A stretch of 63,445 nt of DNA, the filler included, from Hyphochytrium catenoides (Eukaryota > Protista > Hyphochytriomycota): the NCBI GenBank assembly GCA_900088475.1. It is 8 parts of 8 records of this genome, joined end to end, with 100 filler letters (N's around TTAATTAATTAA, not from the genome) between each part and the next. Parts side by side here need not be neighbours in the genome. Positions count along the whole stretch, not along the records: positions 23,181 to 53,825 come from FLMG01002679.1; 7 more parts are not named here. One strand, given 5' to 3'. The notes beneath the pieces were generated by a model that saw only the letters and a list, made by a program, of their open reading frames with translations, was not told where the DNA came from and made no database searches. The position numbers and the translations under genes were made by a program. Every line of letters begins with the position of its first letter. The stretch's first letter is position 1. Positions 38,290 to 51,245 of the stretch are shown here, in pieces.

Positions 38290-39307
38290 CTTGACGCCCC
38301 GAGCTCGCAGGGCAGCGCACTGGGGTGATAGAGACGGCAGAGGCTACGGAGGGGGAGCTAGTGGCGAGAGCTCCACAAGACTGGTAGTGTGCGCTTAACT
38401 ACGAATAAACGCACGCTCTGCTAGCGATGTATTGTGTAAGGCTAGAAGCCTTTACGCTCTTCTGGTCCACAGCTAAGGACCCTTCCATCACCCTAGCACT
38501 CATTATGCGAGCCCAGCCTCTCTCAGACACTAGTAGAGGCGCTTCTTATCTTCTCATCGCGGTTACCGAGCTTCAGAATGGGCGTCTGCAGCTTCTTCAG
38601 AAGCTTCATCGTGTGACTTCTTTGCCCTGCTGTCGTTTCGAACAGGTCATTCCTATTCCTGATATGACAACCATATGGATAGATATCACGAATCAATGCT
38701 TGAAACAATGCAAGGTCATCGCCTCGAGGAAGAACGAAGGCCGATAAGTCTATGTCTCATGACCAATACCATCATAAACACAGGGGATACTCAACTCTAG
38801 AGCAGCAAATGACCATCAGGAAGAGGACAAATGTTGTGTCATAGAAAGGGTGCTTGGTGCGCTCTAAACACAGATGGCTATGAGTTACTGACACCGATCG
38901 TATTACTATGTTGGCGTTCCAATGTAATAAGAGTACTTATGGTGTCACGTTCGGAGGATACTACTATTCATTAGCATTACTATCCCTTCAGAAGCTCATC
39001 GCGGCAGTGGCTGGCAGACAAAGCGCCAGCTTCGGAGACTTAGCAGAGATTTCTGCACCTTCGTTTCTCGATAAATCAAGCTCCGCGCGCAGCATAGCAG
39101 TGGAAGGTAAGATCATAGCATGGTTTGGTCTCATAGGGTTGGAGCAGTGAGGCACCCCCTATAAGGAATCAAGGTGTTGTTATAGAAGAGTATTTTCGCC
39201 GGGTTCTCTAAACTGTTCTCTGCTCCTCTCCATGCCTTTCACAATCAGTATCTTAATCTTATGCAAGGCCTAATGAGATACTTGATGCGTAGGAAAGGTA
39301 GTGAACC

Positions 39308-40046
<739 letters not shown>

Positions 40047-41020
40047 TTGTCATGGAATAGAGCGAGTCTCCCGGCGCAAGGAGCGACAATAAACCTCTCC
40101 TCTCACTGCTTAAGCCCTTCTTTCACTGGTTATTCAGGAGTCTTTGCATCTTTGATAGGCTACATTGCTGAGCAGCAGCTTGAGGATGCAGGTTAGTGCT
40201 TTAAGGTATTGGCAATGTCGCAGCGCGAGGAATACATCGACATGGAAGCAAGCTTATGATGTGGTGGATGTTGCCTCAAAGCCTTCCGAATGGGCTGGTG
40301 GAGGTGGTTTGCTTATTATTGGTATCGGGACAGCTGTCTAGACCTCTTACCCACCAGGTGCACACTCCTTGATTTGTAGCCAGGCCACCACCCTTTTCAT
40401 TGTCACACAGATAGCACAACAGCCGAAGCTGTCCTTACTCGGTTAACAAGACGGGGAAGCACTACTTGCCTTGATCAGAGCTCCTCCGTGATAAGCTGCT
40501 ACGCTCAGACCATTGCCACGTCTATTCACACATGATCAGAGCTCCTCCTCTGGTACGAAGTGCTCTTTGGGGCAGAACTTGCTTGAGCTCTTCTTGGGCA
40601 TCAGACGTCTTTCTCTTGCTCTTTCCCTTCCTGAACCTCAACTCCATAGATCTTGAACATGATAATCAATCCTTTCCAAAAGAAAGACTTTTCCTCTCCT
40701 GGGGGTCGTCAGAATGGTCGGGGAAAGGAATGCAAGAAAGCCCATGAGATGCAAAACGGGGTTTAGAGAAAGTTCTGCATTGTGGAATGTCAGTATAGGT
40801 TGTATAACAGGCACGCCAAATCAATAGCGAAATAAGGTTCAAAGAGATTAATTCTTAATACGCACTTGGCTCTTTTGTGATTTCACTTCGCACAAGAAAG
40901 TTTGGTCAGAAGTGACGAAAGAAGAAGGGCGAGACAGAGGCATGCCACACCTAGTAGAAGAAGAGATGAGTGAAGAGAAGAGATATGATGATAAGAAATC
41001 AAAGAAAACGCGAGAAAGAG

Positions 41021-41088
<68 letters not shown>

Positions 41089-41478
41089 CCAAAAGACAGT
41101 GGGAAACTGGAGGAAAAGTGAGGGTTGAACTCTCTTTGTAAGCTTTGTACTGTATGAAGGCTGTGAGAGACGAGGGCGATGTCTGCCCTGGACGACGAGG
41201 CTTGTGCCTGACGCCTGCCTCTCTGAGAGCTCAGGCCTCACTCGCATTGCTCTCCAGCTGCACACTCATCGTCAACTCAGCGCTGGCCTGACAACCGAAG
41301 GAAAGCCAAAGGAAAGGGAAGTCATCGATGGTCAACTGACAATTGCTGCGCCTCAGAGAGCATCCAGAGATACGCAGAAGGTCCTGAAACGATAAAAGGA
41401 GGCCAGCCTCAGCTGTTCTTGTCAAGGAAGGAAGCATCAGAGGCGTCCTCGAGCACAGAGGAAGCAAACAGACTTACA

Positions 41479-41638
41479 ATGGCAGATGCGAAGGCTCGTG
41501 AGGTGAAGGTGGTGCTGCTGGGAGACACCGGAGTAGGGAAGTCAAGCCTGGTCTTGCGCTTTGTGACGAACAACTTCAAGCCTTACTCCGAGAGTACCAT
41601 TGGGTGGGTGCAATGGACAGAGGAATCAGCCGCAGTGC

Positions 41639-41692
<54 letters not shown>

Positions 41693-42890
41693 TCTCGCTC
41701 TCTCTCTTTTTCTTTCTCGTTGTCTCATTTCCTACTCAGTGTTGTTTCATTTCTCCTCTTCAGAAGTCTTTCCGCCCCTGGATTTCCGCTTGGAGGATTC
41801 TGCTGATCTCTCTTTCTCGTCATCATCTGTTCTTCTCTCTCTTTCTCTCGCTCTCTCTCTTGATCAGTGCCTCTTTCATGTCCAAGATGATAATGGTGGA
41901 CGAGGTGCCAATCAAGTACCAGATCTGGGATACGGCGGGTCAGGAAAAGGTAAGCCAATCTTCGCACGCCTTTGCACTTCCTTCTGCCCTTTTGAGGCTG
42001 ACCTCTCCTCGCTGCCTGCAGTACCATAGTCTAGCTCCCATGTACTATAGGGGAGCTGCCGCAGCCATCGTCGTCTATGACATCACGAGGAAGGTAAGCA
42101 GAAGAATTCCACCTCTAAGAGGTCCTCTCTGCCGTCCTTTTCCTCGTCATGGGCGGCGCTTTATCTAAGCTTCTTTCCCTCTCTGGTCTCAAATTCTTTC
42201 CACGTCTCCCCCTAGCAATCCTTGGCAACGCTAAAGAACTGGGTGAAGGAGCTCAAGCAGCTGGGACCAGATAGCATCGTCATTGCTATCGCTGGAAATA
42301 AGAGTGACCTGGAGGACAAGCGGGTAAGGCCACTGTTATCCCTTTTCTCGGCTCTGCGTGCGGCCGGAATCGCTTCAGCTTCTAATATCTTTGATGGTGA
42401 TATCTTCCTTTATGTAGGAGGTTCCGTCTGAGGTGGCCAAGGCGTACGCTGATGAGATTGGAGCGCTCTTTGTGGAGACATCGGCCAAGGAGGACAAGAA
42501 TGTTTCTGAGCTCTTCATCAACATCAGTAAGGACACCGATGACCACTTAGATAACGCTCTGGTTCTTTGTCATGTCTCTCGGTTGCTGCTGTGCATCTAA
42601 TTCTGTCTGTCATAACCTGTCTTTGCATGTATGCGTCTGCTCTTTTCCCTCTAAGACTGTGGGCTCTTAAGCTCTGTGTCGTGATCACAAAAGGCCATGA
42701 CTTCGTCGTCAGCGTAGACTTTCTCACTTCTCACATTTAAATGCCTGTTCTAAAGCTCGTTTTCCTCGCTTGTACGCTTGGCCTCTGGACTTCAGGCAAA
42801 AGGCTTCCTCAAGCCACTGCAGAGAGAACCTCGCTGCCACTAGGTGACACTGAGCACTATGGAACCAGTCGGCGATCCAATTGTTGTTGA
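41479..42890 (+). CDS. RAB22: Rab GTPase, Rab22/Rab31 subgroup of the Rab5 family, 6 exons
   Basis: GDTGVGKS, STIG|ASF, WDTAGQEK, SLAPMYYRGA, LKNWVKELKQLGP..IVIAIAGNKSDL, ETSAK and C-terminal CC prenylation site. Confidence 0.9.
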
Positions 42891-43153
42891 GTCAGAGCGC
42901 AGTGGGAAGAAGAGAGAGATAAACGAATTATGGTGAAGGGAGAAAGCGGACCGAAGGAGCGGCAATCCCGTTAGACGTCCTCATGTACATAGTGATAAGC
43001 AGCTTAATAAGGAAATAGAAGCGCTTAACGACTCGCTAATGCTTCCCGTCCCCATCTTTTGTGGGGACAATGACATTGGACTGAAGGAAAGAGGAGGAGG
43101 GGGCCCACGCCAAAGGATGACAACTGGAACTGAATATTAACTTTGATATAAAC

Positions 43154-46100
43154 CTAACGTCTACGATCACCGCCCCGATACCCTCCGCGTGACCCGTCAC
43201 GCCGCCCACGATATCCTCCGTCCAGTCTTGACCCTCGCTGCAGCCGAATGCCATCCCGACCGCTGGTACGAACTGCAGACAGGAAGGGAAGTGTCAGAGG
43301 GGCTTAACAGAAGGCGGAAGGGGTTACGCTCAAGGAGAGAGAAGGGGTATGTACTCGGATTGCACAGCCAAACAGTCATGTTGAAGGTCTTGAATACCTT
43401 GGTTGGACCACCGCGGCGGTCTGTCACCATCTCTTCGGTCCCTGCCGCCCCAGTTTCTGTCAGGACGGTCGGTCCATCCGCGTCTCTCTCCTCTTCCACC
43501 TTGCCAGTCATCCTTGTAGGCGTAACCTCCAGATCGGGAGTCCAGTAGCCTCTCATTGCTTTCGACAAACATGGACGCCTGTCATTTAGCAGAGAAAGCG
43601 TGAGCACACTCCCTTAATCATTGACTCACAGAAGCAAACCCAAAGGATAGGCGTCTGATAGAAGGGGAGGACAAAGGCCGAAGAGCTCCAAGAATAGCAT
43701 GCAGGTACGGCTCTGTCCAAATTCTGCTGAGTAAATGTGTATGCAACGTGGGTCATTCAGGTAGAAGCGTCTTCAATGAAGGTTCAGGCTCATTATATCA
43801 GATATATAGCCATCATTATGACCCGCAAGAGCACAGAAGAGGGAGATGGCAGCACGAAGGATGTGGAGAAGAGAAACAAGGCGCTACCTTTTCGGCGAAC
43901 TGCAGGGCCAGCGCCTGCAGTTGAGTTGGCTCGACGCGCTGGAATACGACGCTCTCGGTGGTCTGATAAAAATAAAACGAAAGCATTAGTGACATCTGCT
44001 TCTTCCCTATTCCCGATATTTGAGAGCTTCCTCTTACCTGGTCCCATGCTGCATGGACTTCCTCGTTGATCATCATCTTGCTGAAGACGCTGTGCACCTT
44101 GTTCGGAGGTAGCTCAAACATTTTGCAGAGCTGGGGTAGGCTCATCGAGTCGTAGTAGGCTNNNNNNNNNNNNNNNNNNNNNNNNNNNNNNNNNNNNNNN
44201 NNNNNNNNNNNNNNNNNNNNNNNNTCTTTCTACCGCGCCTTCTCCCGGGATCAAGTTCCAGACTTTCAGCCCGAGAATCAGCTCACAGCAGCGCTTCCAG
44301 TTTCCTGCCGCAAGAGCCTTGGCACCTGCAACGACATGGTCGCGAGTGTTTTCTGGAGGACCATTGAACACCTAACAAAGGCAAGGCTTATTGAGCACAT
44401 TCAAGAAGGGAGCAAAAGGGTCTAAAGACGAACACATTCAGCGGATCATAGACAGAGGAATGTAATGCGCTCGCGGCTGGGAAATGAAGAGGAAGACAGA
44501 GCCTAGTCAGCCCGAAAAGCCTGCAATGTCCCACCTGCCGGTCGCTAATCTCCAGGTACCGCCGGAAGGATTTTGAGATGAGCCTTCTCCTATAATCTGT
44601 AGGGTGCTGAGCCATATTTGGCACCTCAAGAAGCATAGCAGAGGTCAGATGGACGCACTCGAGCAACTCCAGGTTGATGTGCATGTGGAAAGGAATCTGA
44701 CGTCTCTTCTCAGCCTTCTCTTGTTCAGGATTTTTGTCGCTGAACCGTGCAGACTGCATTCCTTGAGCGAGAAGCTCCTTGGTTCTTGCGCCGGAGCAAA
44801 GCTCTGAGAGACAAGAATGGGCTTCATAGATTAGTCCACTCCTGAATGCGCAAAGCCCAAGCTGTGCCATCGTTCTGTTGAAAAGGATCTGTGTGGGCAC
44901 GTCTGCATAGGTGATCGACTCCTGCAAGTGGCTCATAAGAAGGAGGTCTCTGGCCTGGTAAAAGCGGTCGTGGATGCTGTGGTGGAAGATGTGGCAGAGC
45001 ATAGCCCTTGTCTTAGCCCTGTCATCGCCGTGCTTGTATACGAAAGAGCACAAGTCTCTCATCAGCGCCTCAGTGTCTGTGAGCTCTGCCTCCACAGAGG
45101 GAGAGCCTGTCCAGCTGCCTGGGTGGAGGACGCTAGCGTTCCTCTCCGAGGGCTTCACAGACTTGGCATTCTCCCCTCTGCATGCAGGATGAAGATCTTG
45201 GGTCCGTCCGTACTTATTTCTAAATTGCCGGGCTTTCTGCAGGGCTCTAGCAATGGAGTCGTGCTTATAGTGCGTGTACTCGATGCGAAGAGTGGCAACC
45301 TGAGCCGCTGTGGTCTTATCGTTGATCCTGACATAGTACTTCTGAGCACCGTCTGCCAGGTCTAGAAGAAGATCTTCATCGTAGAGCCTGTCTACATAGT
45401 CGCTAGAGTGAGGGTCGATCTGCTGAAGACTCTTTGTGTACTCGTCGGCAAGTCTCTCGAGGAAGGAGAACACACTGCCAGCAACGCGGATAACTCCTTC
45501 TGCCTCTCCAGCCGGAGGAGCACTGGTCTCCTCTTCTGGCGTGTCCTTTAGCTCTCCTCTGCCTGCTCTAAGGATCTCAGCATGATCTTCTGCTGAAAGC
45601 GCTGCGAGTGTGATCTTGGGGTTGTCTTCTAGGACAGTGAGTACGCGCTGAATGTCACCGTGGGCCAATCGCCATTGGTCCGCTGTCATTAGGGCGTCAA
45701 TCTTAGACTGAGTGTCAAATAGCTGGGCGGAGACGAGATGCATTCTGGCTGGAATCTCCTTGAGAGGGCCAAACTTCATAGATAGGGTCGCGAGCTTCCT
45801 AAGAAGCTTGAGATGCTCATTGATGTCAGTTCCTCTTTTGCCCCGTTGTGCCACAGTCTCCTTCAGCTTGCGGTCAAAGGCTTCAGGAGTGAGAGATTCT
45901 TGCTGCTGTTCCTCCTGCTTCATGCGCGACTCGTAGCTCAGCTTCCGAACCTTCTTCTCTGATGGGCCCTTCTCCTTCGGCTTCTTCTTCTCTGCCTTGG
46001 TTTCTGCTTCGACAGTGGTGCTCTTCAACCACCGGGCGCGACCCTTTGGCATGCTCTCGTAGTCCTCATCCTCAGATTCAGAGGATGAAGATGACTCACC

Positions 46101-47235
46101 GCCAAAGAAGTCGGAGTCATCAGACTCAACAGACTGTAAGAGATAGGTAGAGAGAAGGATAGGGGGCAGGCGGTGGTGTTAAAGCAGGTGGAGGAGAGGC
46201 TCGGAGAGTGGGATAGAAGAAACATATATGCGCTTTCTATAGCCAATGCTCCACTATATAAAAAGGCATTGGCCTCAAACAGGCGCTGAAGCTCTTGCAA
46301 GTTTGCGAAGGTGAGCCAGGTGGGGAAGCTACCGACACACCACTAGATACTTGCGGACCACGAGTTTGTCCCACTCCTTCCCTTACCTTCTTCCTTGAGG
46401 GCTTGCCTTCATCTTCGGACTCCTCCTCTGAGGACGCCTCATCAGAAGAAGAAGAGGACGAGGAAGACTCGTCAGAATCACTCTCATCGCTTTCACTTGA
46501 GTCTTCACTCTCTTCGTCACTGGCATACGCATCGGGGTTCTATGTGTCCGAGGGGTCAAGTTAGCCTGGACGAATGGAGCAATGGCTTGGAAATATTACA
46601 ACGCACCTTCCTATACTCAGAAATCTGTTTCTCATAGCTGGCGTTGTGCTTCTTCAGCTTGACCTTCATACGGTTAAAGGATCTCATATTCTCCTTGTTC
46701 ATTTTCTTTTGAGTTTCCTTGTCCTTCAAGGTCCCGTTGACGAGATCTTCAAGCTTGGCAAGGAGCTGAATGTAGGTCTTAGGGAGGCCATGGTTCTCGA
46801 TGACAGCCTTTGCCTTCTCAAGCTGCTTGGTCAGGTCATCAAACTCTAATAGTGCATGTGCTACCGTTAGCCCAAGGCGTAATCCAGGATAACCTGAAAT
46901 AGTTGTCCAAACCTGTGAGGATGCTGCTCCAGTCATTGATCTTCATGGAGTTTCTAATCTTCGCAATAGACTTCTGCACGCCTTCGAAGGCACGCTCTTT
47001 GGCTGATCGCACCACGCGGCGCTCATCTTCGGAGGAGGATTCGGACTCAATCTCCCACTTGCGACCTTCCTTCACCTGTAATAGCAACACATGTAGGTAA
47101 GAATCACCGCTTCGTCAGCCTGACTCCATCCTGTGGGCATAAATAACAGACCTGGGTGGTCTCTACGAACTCATCACTGCCGGATTCAGATTCAGATTCG
47201 GACTCGGACGAGCCCGCCCAGAATCTAGAAGCCAT
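43154..47235 (-). CDS. EIF3C: Eukaryotic translation initiation factor 3 subunit C, multi-exon (63-N gap at 44162-44224)
   Basis: MASRFWAGSSESE start; RRVVRSAKERA; MKINDWSSI; RARWLK; RGKRGTD; RAMLCHIFHH..DRFYQARDLLLMSHLQE; QILFNRTMAQLGLCAFR; PFHMHINLELLE; FNGPPENTRDHVV; PCI-end SKMMINEEVHAAWDQ. Confidence 0.96.
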
Positions 47236-49192
47236 GCTTGTCTACTGCTTTAGCAAAACAACTGTCTTCAGGTCCTAGATAACTGCCTTCTATACGTATT
47301 GTGACCACCTTCACCGGTATCTTGAAGATCCGGAAGCTCTAACAGATGGCCGCAAGGCAGACTGACAGCAGACAGAGCCTCTACTTACGATGAGCGGCAG
47401 ATGGATCCCCGCGCCTCCGAACAGCAAAAAAGCTTTCAGCGCCTCCCACCATCCACCACAAACCCAAGAAATCTTAGTAATAGTCCTGACCCATGGAGCA
47501 TTAACCAGTAATATATCATGGGGCTGCGTATGTTCAGGGGGCGTAGTAAGACCGGGCATTGTACGGCTGGCCAGCAAGGTACAGCACCCACGGGAAGAGC
47601 CGCTAACGGATAAGCTGCAGATCTGACAAAAATCAACGATCTTTCTTAGTGGACGATCTTCGCCTCAGATCTGCGTGAGATCTCGCTGATGATAAATGAA
47701 GACTGGCTGAGTTGTGGAGCTCTCATCAGGTGAAGCTTTTCTAGTTGATGAAGATTGCTGAGTCTTGCTTGCCGAACACGGTGTGTTGTGAGGCTCTCAC
47801 TGATGGGAGGTTCTCAATGATCATTATCTTAATCGCGGTCTGAGGCCACAATATTATGACTTAACAAGCGACTGGACGCTTGCGATGTATAAAGTATTGC
47901 GGAAGGCATCACTCCAGAGTCTTTATTAGAGTGCGCCGATCTTGCCCGTAATGTTCCCCCAAAGGGTGGAGACATCACCTGTTCCCCATAGCTGAGCGTG
48001 CCAAGCGCCATTTTGCTGGCAGTTAGCAGATTCGATGGGCATTCGATCGGTTGTCACACCTCAGCTATTGCAGGGGCGACGCTTAAGTCTGTTTGTGACA
48101 ATGGGATATCGGCTACCACCACGAGCACGACAAAGCTCTATCGTAACAACTTAAGCACGATGCATCGTCTCCTTGCAGGCCAATCCCAGACTTTTACAAA
48201 CAACCTTGCACTCATAACTATTGCAGCTCGCTCCGGCGCCCAAGCAGCCCGCTGCAGCCCATCAAGGCATTCTGCTATGGTTAATAGGGTATGGCTGTTA
48301 GCGCTTGTACGACCGTCAGCTCTAACTCGACGAGCAATGGCCTCGATTCAGCGCTAGTTAATTCTAGCAAGAACTTCCTCAAAGAGTGGTCGCAGTACCT
48401 TCCCTGTCGCCACTCCTCAAAGTTACCTTGCAATGAATGATGGTTGTTAGCTCTCATTCGCCGCCAGCGTGACTAGTCCACCGTCCATATGACATCTTCG
48501 CTAATGAGCAGAGAGGACGGCCGCTCTGCAAGAGCCAGACTTTGTCGTCTGGACTAGCTGGAGAGCTCTAGCCTCCTGTCTCGCTCATTAGTTTTGAGAA
48601 ACACCAACAATCGCTAACTAAAAGCCCTGCTCTTAGCGCCAATAGAGCTCAGGGCCCTACCTCGTAGCGGTGTCCGCGGACTCGTGGACGCTGCTTTTAG
48701 AGATGATGATGAGATGAGAGGAAGAAGGTGCGATGATGAGGGAGTGATGAGAGAAAACTTCACTGAGCTGTAGAATAGAGGGAGAGAAGGAAGGGAGAGC
48801 TTGGGAGACACTGGAACTGAGTTACACAGAGAGCGAGCAGGATTTGGAGAGGAAGAGAAGAGAGAGAAGTTGAAAGAAGGGGAAAAGCAAAGGGGGAAGA
48901 TTGACAGAGTGTGTGAGAGATACAGGGGGACGAGAGAGAGAGAGAGAGCAAAACAGGTAGGGGATGGATGAGGTCGCTCTTTTATTCATTTACGAGCCCA
49001 TGAAAGGCAAAAAGAGTAGTGCTAGGCAAGTACAAAGTCAAAGATTGGTAATCCATTCGTCTGGGCGGCATGACAAAAAGGGAGACCTCGTAAAATTCAC
49101 AGAGTTGTACGTTTGCGGCTATCTGTTTGTCTGTTCATCAGCCAAGAGTCCCAGTCTCCAAAGTTGCCATGCCGCAGCGGCAGCGCCGCGCC

Positions 49193-51245
49193 GCCTGATG
49201 CGCTGGATCCAGACCGCCGGGAAGATCAGCTTCATCAGTCTCAACTTGCTCTGTTCTCCATTTGACGTCGGAGGGAAGAATCGCGGCCGGCAGTGCAAAT
49301 TAACCGCTTTTTGGCGATTGGTCCTTCTTTCTGCTATGACTGCAGAACCCTGGGCAGCTCGCCAACTCAAGTAACTTCAACTCCTGAACGCTTATGTGAA
49401 TAGTCATTTCAAGGAGGAACTTGGACAAGAAGACTCGCCCACTAAAGGACTTGGGCGGCACTGCTGCTAATCCTCGACTGAGGTGAAAGGAGATGCATGC
49501 TTGTCTTCCCAAGATGGAAAAGAATATACTAGGCTTAAGCGCAGCACCGTGCGCTTGTGATGTCTGTATCTTTTACAATTGAATTTTTAGTCCATTCTGA
49601 TTGTGGGGCATCACCTCTTTGCTGGGCTAAAACTTGTCCGACGGTGTCCAGATCTAGTATATCCTTTCCTACCTTGGCAAGACAAGCATGCATCTCCTTG
49701 AACATCAGTTGAGAGTTTGGATTCTTGCCCAAGTCTTGCAGTAGTTGAGTCTTCTTGGGTACGAAAAGACTATGTCCCGACCTCAGAAGCTCAGTAGAGG
49801 AGAGCCTTCCGGAGCATTGTCGTTGGGAAGCACGTGCATGTCCATGTCATACTCCTCAGAGTTGCTAGACCATTTAGCCCAATATTACCCGTGGCAACAG
49901 CCCAATGTCCAGGGCTCTCATCATCATTTACTCTCTCTATGCTGCTAGCCCCAAGAGCTCCTCTCTCTAGGTGATGAGTCCTTGTCTCCCCTCTCTATAT
50001 TGGGCTTCCTTGGCTTCATCTGAGTTTCCAGTCAATTTTGTATAGAGCTTAGCATGAGCTTGCACTGACAGAGCCATTGAAAGAGAGCTGGCACAATCTT
50101 CTGTCGAATCGCATCTGCAGAAAGCCAATGCGATGAATCCCAGCGTGTTACCGATCGAGAGCCGGAAGTAATAAGTGGATAGCGAGAGCCACTGTGGCCA
50201 TGGACAATGGTCTACTTGCCTCTTCACAATATCTTTGACGGCAGGACGGTAAAGGTTTTGTATGCTCCCTCTGAATTACGTCACAAGCGGGACCTTTGAA
50301 ACTCCCGAATACCTGGTGAGGCGCCCTCCTCGCCTTGCATAGCCATAAAGCTCGTCAACCTTGTCCACCTGGTGACGCCCTTGCGCATCGAATGAGTTAA
50401 CGAGTCTGCTAATAAGTTCACCGTCAGGGAAGTCGGCGCGATAGTTCATAAGAAAAGTAACGCTGCACTTGCGGCTTTTCCTTCTTTGTCTCCTGGTTAG
50501 ACCTGCCCCTTGGCTTCTTCGGCGTGCGTAGCCAACTTCGTAATCGAGAACAACACTTTGTGAAGCGATTGCTTTCACCGTCTTCAATGCTGTCGTGCTC
50601 CATCACGATGACTTTGCTTCCTCCACGTTCCTATGGTCAAGAGTGCGAGAGAACAGACTATTGTGGCTGGTGACTGAACTAAGACGAACACGAGTGTCAA
50701 CTCTGAACAAAAACGAAGAGCACTACTAGTGAGCTGCACCACCATGGGCTATCCATATAAACGTTCAGGATTCGAAGTTTGATGACCCTATGGTGATGCT
50801 GATGGAGGAGAGGTGGTCCCGATGAAGAACGAATCGATCTCTCTTCCTTTCTTCAGGTTGTGAGTTTAGCGATAGCGTAATCTTGAAGAGCACTTTCTTA
50901 AACTCACAACCTTTTCTTGCTTTTTACGGTGTAGTTCCTAGTTTATCGATGTGCAAGATGAGATACCCAGACATCGTGAATGCACATTGTTCAGATGGAC
51001 TCCACAGCATCAATGAGTCCCCCAAAGCTTCCATCTGGCTTGTTGCCGTTTAGATGAGGCTGCGCCGCTGCGCGGCCTGATGCGCTGGATCCAGACCGCC
51101 GAGAAGATCAACCTCATCAGTCTCAATTCGCTCTGTTCTCTTTCTGACGTCGAAGAGAGGAAGCGCGGCTTGCAGTGCAAATAAACCGTCGTCTTTTGGC
51201 GATTGTTCCTTCTTTCTGCTATGACTGCCGAGTCCTGAGCAGCTC
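49193..51245. repeat. Dispersed direct repeat, ~170 bp (49193-49360 and 51075-51245)
   Basis: Both copies begin GCCTGATGCGCTGGATCCAGACCGCCG and end TTCTTTCTGCTATGACTGC...GCAGCTC. Confidence 0.88.
49426..49757. repeat. Imperfect inverted repeat, ~105-bp arms (49426-49532 and 49654-49757)
   Basis: AAGGAGATGCATGCTTGTCTTCCCAAGATGGAAAAGAATATACTAG matches the reverse complement of 49654-49699 (AAGGAGATGCATGCTTGTCTTGCCAAGGTAGGAAAGGATATACTAG). Similarity extends out to CAAGAAGACTC..GACTTGGGC. Confidence 0.8.

Noticed and set aside
44604-46564. Plus-strand ORFs over eIF3c, and minus-strand ORFs over NACA, Rab22, Pat and RGS
   Set aside because: Antisense shadows of well-supported genes, with no independent motifs.
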